64,000 nucleotides of DNA from Deferribacterales bacterium. Its GTDB lineage: Bacteria; Chrysiogenota; Deferribacteres; Deferribacterales; Geovibrionaceae. The stretch is taken from NCBI GenBank assembly GCA_050253075.1, contig JBFWJS010000001.1, forward strand, positions 64,001-128,000. Reading direction: 5' to 3'. The notes below the pieces were generated by a model. It was not told the DNA's origin. It did no database searches and saw nothing but the letters and a program-made list of their open reading frames with translations. Shown here piece after piece: positions 38,675 through 47,923 of the stretch; the stretch's first letter is position 1; every line of letters begins with the position of its first letter. The translations under genes and the position numbers were made by a program.

Positions 38675-38675
38675 A

Positions 38676-40607
38676 TCACTTCACCAGCGGGTTGATGCCT
38701 GCGACACCACGCCCCTGAAAATATTTTATATTATTGTCTTCCAGTTTCTTCTTCATCTCGTCGTTGTCTATCTTTGTCGCGATAAGTTTTATGCCGAGGC
38801 TGTCTGTGACAGTCTGCAGAGATTTCAGCGCACCTGTCGCTTCGCCCGATTCCGTATCTATAAGGTATTCGAAATCTACCTTAAGATAGTTCGGTTTAAG
38901 CTGCTGCAGGTTCTCCAGCGATTCCTGCGACATGGCGAATCTGTCCACGCCGAATGTAAAGCCGAGCCCCTTTATCAGACCTGCGAAGTCCATGCATATC
39001 TCCAGCTGATTCTTGATAGCACTGTCGGATATCTCGAATGTCAGCCTGCCAGAGAGATGCTTGGCGGATACCAGCAGCTTCCTGAACCATGAGAACGAAG
39101 CCCTGTCGTTCAGGAACATGTCGGTAATATTTATCGCAAGGGTGTTCTGCTCATTATCGGTGAGGAACTCCACTGTCTTTTCCAGTACGTATCTGTCGAG
39201 GTCATTCGCCAGATTAAGGTTTATCACCATAGGCATGAAGAAGCCCGCACGCTGTACGACCCCTTCCCTGTCTACCATGTTCACATATATTTCCTGATGA
39301 AGCTCCACACCGTCGGAGATAACAGGCTGAGATGTCAGCACAAATCTATCTTCCTGCAATGCAGACTCTATCATTGTTTTCCATTCCATCTTTCCGAGTA
39401 CTGCCGAGCCGTCGTCTTTGAACATCTCCACAGTGCCTGTTCCTTTACTCTTCGCCACGGATACTGCGTAGTCGACCTTAGAGAGCACCTTGCCCATCTC
39501 TTCGTCAAATCTGTATGCCGCGCCTCCTGCGAACACGTTCACCACGTGGCAGAGCTTGTCTTCGCCGCACATTACATCGGCTATCTTTTTCATGACGCTC
39601 TTCGCCATCTCTTCCGCCTGCTCGCTTTCACACGCAGGGAGTATCAGCGAAAATTCTTTTCTGTTCATAAATGCAGGAACAGCATTTGCAAGCCCCTTAG
39701 ACACGTCAAACAGGGCATCACGGCATGCGCAGTAGATGTCGTTTATCATCTTATGCCCGAACTCTGTCTCTGCCTCTTCCAGACCGTCGAATGATATCAT
39801 CACCACGACACCTGTGGATGTCTCGTCGTCGGAATCGAGGAACTGATTAAGCTGTTTTATGAAAAACTTTCTGTTGTATAGCCCCGTCTGCTGGTCTTTA
39901 TACAGCAGTTCCTGATAGCCTTTAAGGGCCTCGAGCTCTCTGCTGTAGATAGCCTGTGCTTTTGCCACCATGCTGTTCATTGTGTTCACCACCTGACGCA
40001 TCTCAGGTGTTGCGGGGATCTTCTCATTTATAATGAATTCGTTGTTTTCGATAGCTTCGGCCTGCGCTTTAACCTCGTCCAGAGGTCTGAAGATGAACTT
40101 CAGCACGAAGTATGTCGATATCTGCGCCAGAACGCCGATGATGACAAACCACATGGAGAGGAATTTGAATGAATCCCACAGTCTGATATATGAAAGCCCC
40201 GGGTGCCCCTTTACGCTGAGAGTGCCGAATATCGACCATCCACTGGATATCTGTGCATCTGCGGGGAGGTTTTCAAAGTTTACCATATTTACGAAAAACT
40301 CAGGCACGCCCTCTATCACAGGCTCCTGAGAGAGCTTTTCTATCACTTTACCTTCGGCATCCGCGAGTGATATCTCTTCGTAATATCCGCCGTCGTACAT
40401 GGCACGGATCATGGTAGTCATGGCGGCCTCGTCATCAGTAACGGTGCTGAGAGATAGCGAGAGCGAGTTTGCAGTATTCTTAGCGTTCGAGTAAAGCTGT
40501 GTGCGGACGAACTCTTTGGTGTTATCAAAATTAATCTTCAGCACTATCGCAAGCATAACTATCAGCAGGAATGCGATGAAAAGCTGTATCTGTTTGAACA
40601 ATGTCAT
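38676..40607 (-). CDS. lapD: LapD c-di-GMP receptor (periplasmic output, HAMP, degenerate GGDEF and EAL)
   Basis: MTLFKQ..TM, ANSLSLSL, DGGYY, SSGW loop; GGDEF replaced by NRKEF; EAL lacks DDFG (VDRFA). Confidence 0.92.
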   Translation of the reverse strand: MTLFKQIQLFIAFLLIVMLAIVLKINFDNTKEFVRTQLYSNAKNTANSLSLSLSTVTDDEAAMTTMIRAMYDGGYYEEISLADAEGKVIEKLSQEPVIEGVPEFFVNMVNFENLPADAQISSGWSIFGTLSVKGHPGLSYIRLWDSFKFLSMWFVIIGVLAQISTYFVLKFIFRPLDEVKAQAEAIENNEFIINEKIPATPEMRQVVNTMNSMVAKAQAIYSRELEALKGYQELLYKDQQTGLYNRKFFIKQLNQFLDSDDETSTGVVVMISFDGLEEAETEFGHKMINDIYCACRDALFDVSKGLANAVPAFMNRKEFSLILPACESEQAEEMAKSVMKKIADVMCGEDKLCHVVNVFAGGAAYRFDEEMGKVLSKVDYAVSVAKSKGTGTVEMFKDDGSAVLGKMEWKTMIESALQEDRFVLTSQPVISDGVELHQEIYVNMVDREGVVQRAGFFMPMVINLNLANDLDRYVLEKTVEFLTDNEQNTLAINITDMFLNDRASFSWFRKLLVSAKHLSGRLTFEISDSAIKNQLEICMDFAGLIKGLGFTFGVDRFAMSQESLENLQQLKPNYLKVDFEYLIDTESGEATGALKSLQTVTDSLGIKLIATKIDNDEMKKKLEDNNIKYFQGRGVAGINPLVK

Positions 40608-40611
40608 ACTG

Positions 40612-41271
40612 CTACCTCTTTAGTATCTCAAGGTCGACGGATTTCAGCCTGTCGACGTTTTTAGACTGTGAGGGGTCTACCCTCTTACCAAGACCTTTCT
40701 GCTTCTGCAGGAAGAGGTCATTAGCGGTGAAACTGTATATAGGCACAAGGTCATCCCGCTTTGTGGCGGGCATTATCTGTTTCACATAATTGTCGAGTAC
40801 GAAAGGGACAGTACCCGGTTTTTTATAATATGTGACAACCATATGCGCTTCATCAGCGTAGCCTTTTGCTTTTACGTATGTTAAAAAGAGCTTTTCCTGA
40901 GGCACGCCCAGCTGGAGCAGCGTAAGGAACTTTGCCACTGCATAATCCTCACAGTCGCCCTGTCCAACTCCTAAGAACTCCAGACGGCTCGCCCAGTAGT
41001 CCTTTTTACCCCATGTTTGTGTATCGGATTTGTATGGGAGCTGGTTATAAAAGGCATTAACCTGTATAACCTGCTTATCTTCTGCTTCCGCAAGAAGGCT
41101 GTCCATAAGGGTCAGAAGCCCATTGAGCCTCGTTACCGCCATGTCGCCGTACTTTCCCCCATATGCCTTCATCTCGGCTTCCGGCAGATAAAAACTGCTA
41201 TGTGCGCCGATGCAGACACTTCCGAGCAGGATCAGTAAAATAAAAGCGACTAGCCCCTTATGTTTAACCAT
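40612..41271 (-). CDS. lapG: LapG periplasmic transglutaminase-like cysteine protease
   Basis: Signal peptide, VN.FYN, D...WG..DYWA, GDCEDYAVAK, AHMV, VLDN (Cys-His-Asp triad). Confidence 0.94.
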   Translation of the reverse strand: MVKHKGLVAFILLILLGSVCIGAHSSFYLPEAEMKAYGGKYGDMAVTRLNGLLTLMDSLLAEAEDKQVIQVNAFYNQLPYKSDTQTWGKKDYWASRLEFLGVGQGDCEDYAVAKFLTLLQLGVPQEKLFLTYVKAKGYADEAHMVVTYYKKPGTVPFVLDNYVKQIMPATKRDDLVPIYSFTANDLFLQKQKGLGKRVDPSQSKNVDRLKSVDLEILKR

Positions 41272-41274
41272 ATT

Positions 41275-43371
41275 CTATTCGTTTGCGTTCAGCAGCCTTA
41301 GTTTGAATTCTATCCTTCTGTTGAGTTTGCGCCCCTCTCTAGTCGCATTGCTGTGCAGAGGCTCTGTTTCGCCTTTGCCGTATGTCGCAATGTTTTCGGC
41401 AGGTACACCTAGAGCAACCAGCCTGTTATAGACAGATTTCGCTCTCTCGCCCGACAGCTTTTTGTTAAAAGCCGCCCTTCCGCTGGTATCGGTATGCCCG
41501 ATGATCTCCAGTCTGTAATTATCTACCTTTTTCAGCTCTTCCGCTATCTGATTCACCACCCCATAGGATGACTTCGTCAGCTTAGCCGAGTTCAGCTGAA
41601 AGAGTATGTTTGAAAAATTAAATGTCTGTACGGGTGCATCTTTTATAAGCATAACTTCGTCAGACTTTTCCTCTGCTGCGGGTGCCGACTGCTCCGGCTC
41701 ACCGAGAGAATCAGGCTCGCCCAGACTTTCCGCATCGCCGAGGGTGTCGAGCTCCAGCGAGCTCTGCATAGGCTTGATATAAGGCTCGATAACATCAGGA
41801 GTCTTATATCCGAGCTGTACGTCTGTGTAATCCACACAGCCTGTAATGTTGTTATCATCGTAAAAGAGAGAGTTATCACACTGGTCATACTCGTCTTTTA
41901 CAATGTCAGAGTCACGGTTGTCTTCGAGCTCGGGGCTCTTTTTCAGCATGTCGATGGTGAATGTGCTGTCTGTGACGCCTGTCTTTTTGATGAGGTCTGT
42001 CTTGTACTCGTATATAAGTATACCGGTGACATACAGCACTCTGTATTTCGCTACCAGAGCCGAGAAGCGGGATTCTATCCTTGCCTCCTTCGCTGACTGG
42101 AACTCATTTTCCATATCAAGCAGCTCCACAAGGGTTCTCCTGCCGAGCTGATATTCTTCTTTAAAGGCATCGAGGGTTTTACCCGTAAGGTCGAGGTGTT
42201 CTTCGAGAAACTGTTTCTTGCTCTCCTCAGACATCATAATATTATAAGCGAGTCTCACGGATTCGTTCAGGTTTCTTCTCTCGATGTATGCTCTCTCGTT
42301 TTCTTTGAGGATGTCGGCATAGTTCTTCTTTTTCATGTTTCCACGGGAACCGCCGTCATAGATATCATATCTAAAATATACCATAGCGCTGGCACTTTTG
42401 GTGTCACCTTCATCACCGCCGGTGTTATTCATATAATCCGCACGGAGCTCTGCATCCACCTTCGGCATATAAAGGGCTTCTGTTCTTTTCAGGGTATATT
42501 TCTTAACCAGAATGTTATACTTCGCCACCTGTATCGCAGGGTACTTTTCCAGCGAGAAGTTCACGAGTGTACCGATATCTTCGGGGAATTCATACATTCT
42601 GTTAGGCATTTCAAATTTGTCAGGATGGACATATCGTCCGAGGTGTTTGTGAAGCCTCACCAGTGCCTGTTTCAGGTTCTGCTGCTGGCTGACGACGTTT
42701 GCTCTGGCGAGGGACAGACGGGACTGAGAGTTGATCAGGTCTGATCTGCGTCCGAATCCTGCGTCGGTCTTTTCCTTTATCTGTGCGAGGATCTGCGCCT
42801 GAGTGTATACATTGTCCATATACAGCTTCAGCAGTTCACGCTCTTTAAGCACGCCCAGATAAGCCTCTGTGGCGGCGATGAAAACTTCGTTAGCAACATT
42901 CAGCACTTCATAGGCTGCTGCCATCTTTCTGGCTCTCACCTCTTCGACATAGCTGTCTGTGCGCTTTCCGTCATAGATATTCTGTCTGGCATAAACACCG
43001 GCGGTGCCTGCATTAAGATTTCTGCTTTCGTCATCGGTGTCCACACCGTTGGTGTATTCCCTTCCGGCAGACATCTCAACGCCCATATTAGGCCTTTTGC
43101 CGCTTTTCGCCGCTTCGAGCTCGTACTTGAGCCCCTCAAGCACCTGAAATGCTTCGAGTATCTGCGGGTGTGTGGATACGACTTCGTTAAGAAGGTCGTC
43201 TATGAGGAACGGGCCGGTATTATCATACCTGGCTGCTTCAACATCGAGCACACCGGTATTATCAAAGGCAAAGCCGTTCGTAGATTCGATATCATCTGCG
43301 TATGCATTCGTAAATGCAAACATGCACAGTACGGTCAGGATAACGTGTAGTAAACGTTTTTCCAGCATCAT
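41275..43371 (-). CDS. lapE: TolC-family outer-membrane channel (LapE-like) fused to an OmpA-like peptidoglycan-binding domain
   Basis: Signal peptide; OEP repeats (QNIYDG, EYQLGRRTLVELLD.ENE); linker DSD...DQC...GC; OmpA_C motifs F..NS, GHTD, LS.ERA, G.GE..P, NRRIE. Confidence 0.9.
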   Translation of the reverse strand: MMLEKRLLHVILTVLCMFAFTNAYADDIESTNGFAFDNTGVLDVEAARYDNTGPFLIDDLLNEVVSTHPQILEAFQVLEGLKYELEAAKSGKRPNMGVEMSAGREYTNGVDTDDESRNLNAGTAGVYARQNIYDGKRTDSYVEEVRARKMAAAYEVLNVANEVFIAATEAYLGVLKERELLKLYMDNVYTQAQILAQIKEKTDAGFGRRSDLINSQSRLSLARANVVSQQQNLKQALVRLHKHLGRYVHPDKFEMPNRMYEFPEDIGTLVNFSLEKYPAIQVAKYNILVKKYTLKRTEALYMPKVDAELRADYMNNTGGDEGDTKSASAMVYFRYDIYDGGSRGNMKKKNYADILKENERAYIERRNLNESVRLAYNIMMSEESKKQFLEEHLDLTGKTLDAFKEEYQLGRRTLVELLDMENEFQSAKEARIESRFSALVAKYRVLYVTGILIYEYKTDLIKKTGVTDSTFTIDMLKKSPELEDNRDSDIVKDEYDQCDNSLFYDDNNITGCVDYTDVQLGYKTPDVIEPYIKPMQSSLELDTLGDAESLGEPDSLGEPEQSAPAAEEKSDEVMLIKDAPVQTFNFSNILFQLNSAKLTKSSYGVVNQIAEELKKVDNYRLEIIGHTDTSGRAAFNKKLSGERAKSVYNRLVALGVPAENIATYGKGETEPLHSNATREGRKLNRRIEFKLRLLNANE

Positions 43372-43537
43372 AATAAATTCTCCCCGATATTTGCGCTTCA
43401 GACTTATAAATAAATGAGCATGACGCCCTCAGCACAAATTAATAATTAAGCTACATAGCTATAAATCATTATACGAAAATAATGTACCGGTATCAAACTA
43501 CCAGAAATGCTATGTCAGCATAATATGTAAAATCCGT

Positions 43538-44896
43538 TTACATGCCGCTCATGGCAAGATACGACAAAGGCTCTGCAAATGTCGGGTGAGCGTGCATAGT
43601 TTCTTTAACCTGCTTAACTGTAAGCCTGTTTTGAACTGCCATTACCAGTTCATGGATTATCTCAGTGGCGCAATCGCCGAGGATCACTCCTCCGGCTATC
43701 ACATCGGACTTTTTATAAACAAATAATTTAAACATACCGACGGGGGTTTTGTCCGTTATCGGTCTCCCTTTCATCAGCCCCGGTACATGAAGCACCTTTA
43801 TATCATCGTCCGCTTTCACGATACCGACAGATGCCATCTCGGGGTGACTAAAGACTACCCTCGGCACAGCCCTCTCGTCAAGGGACATAGACCCGTTATT
43901 TAATATATTCGCAGCACAGACCTCGCCTTCGTATGCGGCCGAATGCGCAAACATCCATCCGCCTATACTGTCGCCTGCGGCGTATATGTCAGGATTAGAG
44001 CTCTGGAGGTATTCGTTAACCTTAACGGCGTCCCTCTCAATCTCTACGCCTGCTTTATCCAATGAGAGCGTACCCAGATTAGGCTTTCGTCCGATGCTTA
44101 TCAGCACCATGTCATAAACCTCTGCATCTGACTGACCTTTAAAGCGCACCTCCGCCTTCCCGCCAGATACATTCAGGCTCTCCATCATAGTATCCACGGC
44201 TACGTCTATCCCCTCTGCCTGAAAGCGATCTTTGAGCATGTTTGCTGCGTCTGCATCGTCATTAGGGATGAGCTGGCTCATCGCCTCGACAATCTTAACC
44301 ATGCTGCCGAAGGTGTTATACATAGTGGCAAACTCACAGCCGATGGCACCGCCTCCGATGATAAGTAGCTTTTCGGGGAGTTTCTCATTTTCGAGCATCA
44401 TGTCGCTGTTCATCACGATCTTTCCGTCGAAAGGCGCAAAAGGGAGCTCTCTGGAAACAGAGCCCGTGGCTATGATGATCTTCTCTCCACAGACGGTTTC
44501 TGTCGTTCCGTCATCCTTTGTTACTATAACCTCATTCGCAGAGGCAAATGCCCCCCTGCCGAATACGAAGTGCGCACCGGAATTTTCAGACATCATGCCT
44601 ATCCCGCCTCGGAGCTTTGCTATCCCTTCGTTCACGGATGCTTTTACTTTTGCAAGGTCGACAGGCTCCGCAGAAGCAGACAGACCAAACATGGAAGCCT
44701 TCTTCGCATAGCGGTAAACCGAGGCAGATTTCAGAAAAGATTTGGTCGGCATGCAGCCCGCATTAAGACATACACCGCCCAGACGCTCTTTCTTATCCTG
44801 CACTATGCAGACCTTTTTCCCGGCTTTGACCAGCCTGAATCCTGCGTCCAGACCGCCGGGGCCTCCGCCTATCACAACGACATCAAACTTACCCAT
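43538..44896 (-). CDS. lpdA: Dihydrolipoyl dehydrogenase
   Basis: GGGPGG, GGVCLNAGCMPTK disulfide, IATGS, GGGAIGCE, HAHPTFAE. Confidence 0.92.
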   Translation of the reverse strand: MGKFDVVVIGGGPGGLDAGFRLVKAGKKVCIVQDKKERLGGVCLNAGCMPTKSFLKSASVYRYAKKASMFGLSASAEPVDLAKVKASVNEGIAKLRGGIGMMSENSGAHFVFGRGAFASANEVIVTKDDGTTETVCGEKIIIATGSVSRELPFAPFDGKIVMNSDMMLENEKLPEKLLIIGGGAIGCEFATMYNTFGSMVKIVEAMSQLIPNDDADAANMLKDRFQAEGIDVAVDTMMESLNVSGGKAEVRFKGQSDAEVYDMVLISIGRKPNLGTLSLDKAGVEIERDAVKVNEYLQSSNPDIYAAGDSIGGWMFAHSAAYEGEVCAANILNNGSMSLDERAVPRVVFSHPEMASVGIVKADDDIKVLHVPGLMKGRPITDKTPVGMFKLFVYKKSDVIAGGVILGDCATEIIHELVMAVQNRLTVKQVKETMHAHPTFAEPLSYLAMSGM

Positions 44897-45254
44897 TAAC
44901 TCTCTCCGATGCTTAATTCTATTTATAACCTTAGCTTATAAACATATAACTTGTTAATTATCAATCTAATACATCATTCATTATACACTATTTGGGAGAC
45001 ATTGTTAAATATTTATTCACAAATGTCGAAAATCATTTTTTATAACCATCCAACTTTGTTTGTAAACCGCATATAATATATGTATACTCTTCAGGATAGA
45101 CATAGTCTTTTATTGCCTACATATCATTTCTTGATTGGGATATGTTTTATCATCTTTACTTATTCTTTATGCATATTTTTGAACCTATAAGATCGCACTT
45201 TTGCGCACGAGAATTTTGCAGAAATATTTTTTCGTACATATCGGGGGAAAGAAA

Positions 45255-47861
45255 ATGTATCAGGAAGAGACAGTTACGTACAAAGACGTCCAGATCCCAA
45301 AGTCTCTGGCAGGCATCATCACACACATGAAGAGCGTTGAGGACTACCGAGAGGAGCTGAGGATACTCGCAGGGCAGTGGGACCTGCTCACCATACTCGG
45401 ACAGATAAGCGGCACAGGGACAAACATGACAGGCACGAGAGAAGGCTTTAAGATGCTCACGAATGAGCTCCTCAGCCAGCTCGGTCTGGAAAACCTGAAA
45501 AAAGCGTCTCAGGAAATAGGCTCAAAGGCACAGGTCGCCGTCGATATCGTCATCAGAAACCTATTCGAAAGGACAGCCGACATCGGCTTCCTAGCCACAG
45601 ACGACGACATCCGAAACTTCATCACGGAAATGGAGCGTCTGGACAAGCTCACGCAGGATCAATGCGCCGAAGAGAACATCAACAAAACACAGATAAGAGA
45701 AGACATGAGATCGGCACTTATCGAGCGCTTCAACGAATACACAAAGAAGTACTCGGTATATTTCGACATAATCCTCTTGGATACGCAGGGTAACCTGCTC
45801 TGCCAGATGGATACGGAAAGCAAACTGACAAAATCATACGACTCAATTATAAAAGAATCACTCACCACTGACAAAGAATACGTCGAAGTTTTCAAGACCA
45901 CAGACCTATTGCCCGGCAAAGGCGATTCGCTGATATATGCATATAGGGTGACGGCCACAAACGATGCGAAATCCCGCAAGCTGGGGGTGCTCTGCCTCTG
46001 CTTCCGCTTTGAAAATGAGATGGAGGGGATATTCCGAAATCTCTCAAACGCCGACGACTGGTCCGTCATAACCCTGCTGGATAAAGACGGTATCGTTATC
46101 GCCAGCTCCAGCGGTCATCAGGTGCCCGTGGGCTCACAGATGGCAATGGTGAAAGATAGGGATTACGACATCGTCCGCTTCGCAGGGCGTCTTTACCTAG
46201 CCAAGACATGCGCCACAAAGGGCTATCAGGGATTCTTCGGACTCGGATGGCACGGACATGTACTGATACCGATAGAGCAGGCATTCTCTGCATCTGGAAG
46301 CAGCAACGGCATCAGCGAAGACATCCTCCACGCAGTCATGGACGACCCGAAGCTCTTTTCGAAAGAACTGCGGGACATCCCCGTACAGGCAGACCGCATA
46401 CAGAGCGAACTGGAAAGAACCGTCTGGAACGGAAACATCACGGGAAACGACCCGAAATCAAAGATTCTCCTCTGGAACATTTCCGATGCGGGGCTGAAGA
46501 CGAAAAAGGTTTTCGAAGACTCCATAGGAAACCTGCACGAGACAGTCATCACATCCGTAATGAATAATGTGTGGTTCTGGGCTGCGCTATCCGTAGATAT
46601 CATGGACAGAAACCTCTATGAAAGGGCAAACGACTGCCGCTGGTGGGCACTGACGTCAAAGTTCCGCGACATTATGTCTCAGGGGCATGTCACCCCGGAG
46701 AATAAGGCATCCATGGCATCCATCCTAAAATACATAAACAACCTCTATACGGTTTATACAAACATATTCCTCTATGATAAATCAGGCACGATACTCGCCG
46801 TCTCAAACGAGGCGGAACAGCAGATTGTCGGACAAAAGATACACCACACATGGGCGAGGGAGACACTCACACTGAAAGACTCGCAGAAATACTCAGTATC
46901 TCCTTTTGAGGTATCCGAGTATTACGACAACCGTCACACATACATCTACGGCGCATCCATAACAAACCTCGAAACCCACGAAGTGCTCGGCGGTATCGGC
47001 ATAGTTTTCGACAGCGAGCCACAGTTCGAGGCTATGCTCGAGGATTCTCTGCCGAGAGATACGAAAGGAAACGTCATCGAAGGGTGCTTCGGTGTTTTCG
47101 CATGCCGAAACGGAAAGGTGGTCAGCTCCACATGCAGTACCATAAAACCGGGTGATCAGCTTCAGGTACCGAAAAAGCTGTTTGAGATGCCATGCGGAAA
47201 GGGCTCGTCAGAGATAATAACATACAACGGCGCATACTACGCCGTAGGCGCACACACCAGCGCAGGATACAGAGAATATAAAGTTTACGACAACTACCGC
47301 AACGACGTTATCGGCTTCACCTTCATGCCGCTGGCACAGGTAAAGGACGAGGCTCTTAAACCTGTCAGAAAGCGTGAGATGCGCATAGACGTCCGCTCTG
47401 ATTCCAGAGGCGGAGACACCATAGAGGTGGCGACATTCTACATAGGCTCACGCTGGCTCGGCATACGTGCAGAGCATGTCGTCGAATCTGTCACCCCCGA
47501 GGGGATAACCATCGTCCCCGGTGCATGCCAGTTTGTTAAAGGGCAGATAATATATAAAAACGTCCCCACGGTGATACTCGACATCCGCTCCATCCTCGAA
47601 GAAGAGCCGAGGGGCGTGGATAAAGACACACAGATAATAATAGTCCAGACGGGAAAGATGAAGATCGGCCTGCTGGTGGACGGGCTGGGCGAGATACCCG
47701 AGATACCAATGCACAGAGTGGAGGAGCCCGAACATCTGATAGAGAAGCATACCAGATACACCGACGTGGTAATAAAACCAGACCCGAAATCGGCAAATCA
47801 GGAGATACTGGTAGTGCTTCACCCCGACGGTCTGGTGGACTGCATAAGGGATCTTATCTGA
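45255..47861 (+). CDS. Soluble protein with two tandem Cache-like modules and a C-terminal CheW domain
   Basis: Internal duplication (DIVIRNLFERTAD / DIMDRNLYERAND); C-terminal CheW-like ATFYIG..LGI...V.E...GLLVD.LGEI; no TM; start at MYQEE after GGGGG. Confidence 0.75.
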   Translation: MYQEETVTYKDVQIPKSLAGIITHMKSVEDYREELRILAGQWDLLTILGQISGTGTNMTGTREGFKMLTNELLSQLGLENLKKASQEIGSKAQVAVDIVIRNLFERTADIGFLATDDDIRNFITEMERLDKLTQDQCAEENINKTQIREDMRSALIERFNEYTKKYSVYFDIILLDTQGNLLCQMDTESKLTKSYDSIIKESLTTDKEYVEVFKTTDLLPGKGDSLIYAYRVTATNDAKSRKLGVLCLCFRFENEMEGIFRNLSNADDWSVITLLDKDGIVIASSSGHQVPVGSQMAMVKDRDYDIVRFAGRLYLAKTCATKGYQGFFGLGWHGHVLIPIEQAFSASGSSNGISEDILHAVMDDPKLFSKELRDIPVQADRIQSELERTVWNGNITGNDPKSKILLWNISDAGLKTKKVFEDSIGNLHETVITSVMNNVWFWAALSVDIMDRNLYERANDCRWWALTSKFRDIMSQGHVTPENKASMASILKYINNLYTVYTNIFLYDKSGTILAVSNEAEQQIVGQKIHHTWARETLTLKDSQKYSVSPFEVSEYYDNRHTYIYGASITNLETHEVLGGIGIVFDSEPQFEAMLEDSLPRDTKGNVIEGCFGVFACRNGKVVSSTCSTIKPGDQLQVPKKLFEMPCGKGSSEIITYNGAYYAVGAHTSAGYREYKVYDNYRNDVIGFTFMPLAQVKDEALKPVRKREMRIDVRSDSRGGDTIEVATFYIGSRWLGIRAEHVVESVTPEGITIVPGACQFVKGQIIYKNVPTVILDIRSILEEEPRGVDKDTQIIIVQTGKMKIGLLVDGLGEIPEIPMHRVEEPEHLIEKHTRYTDVVIKPDPKSANQEILVVLHPDGLVDCIRDLI

Positions 47862-47923
47862 TACCTTTGCTCAATATCATCAAAAGCTGTTGAAAAACTT
47901 TGATTGGTGATATAAGAGAAAGT

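Noticed and set aside
45002..45022. TTGTTAA-N7-TTCACAA, a Rex/CRP-like palindrome between lpdA and the CheW-fusion gene
   Set aside because: Spacing fits neither Rex (N4) nor CRP/FNR, and chance matches are likely in AT-rich DNA
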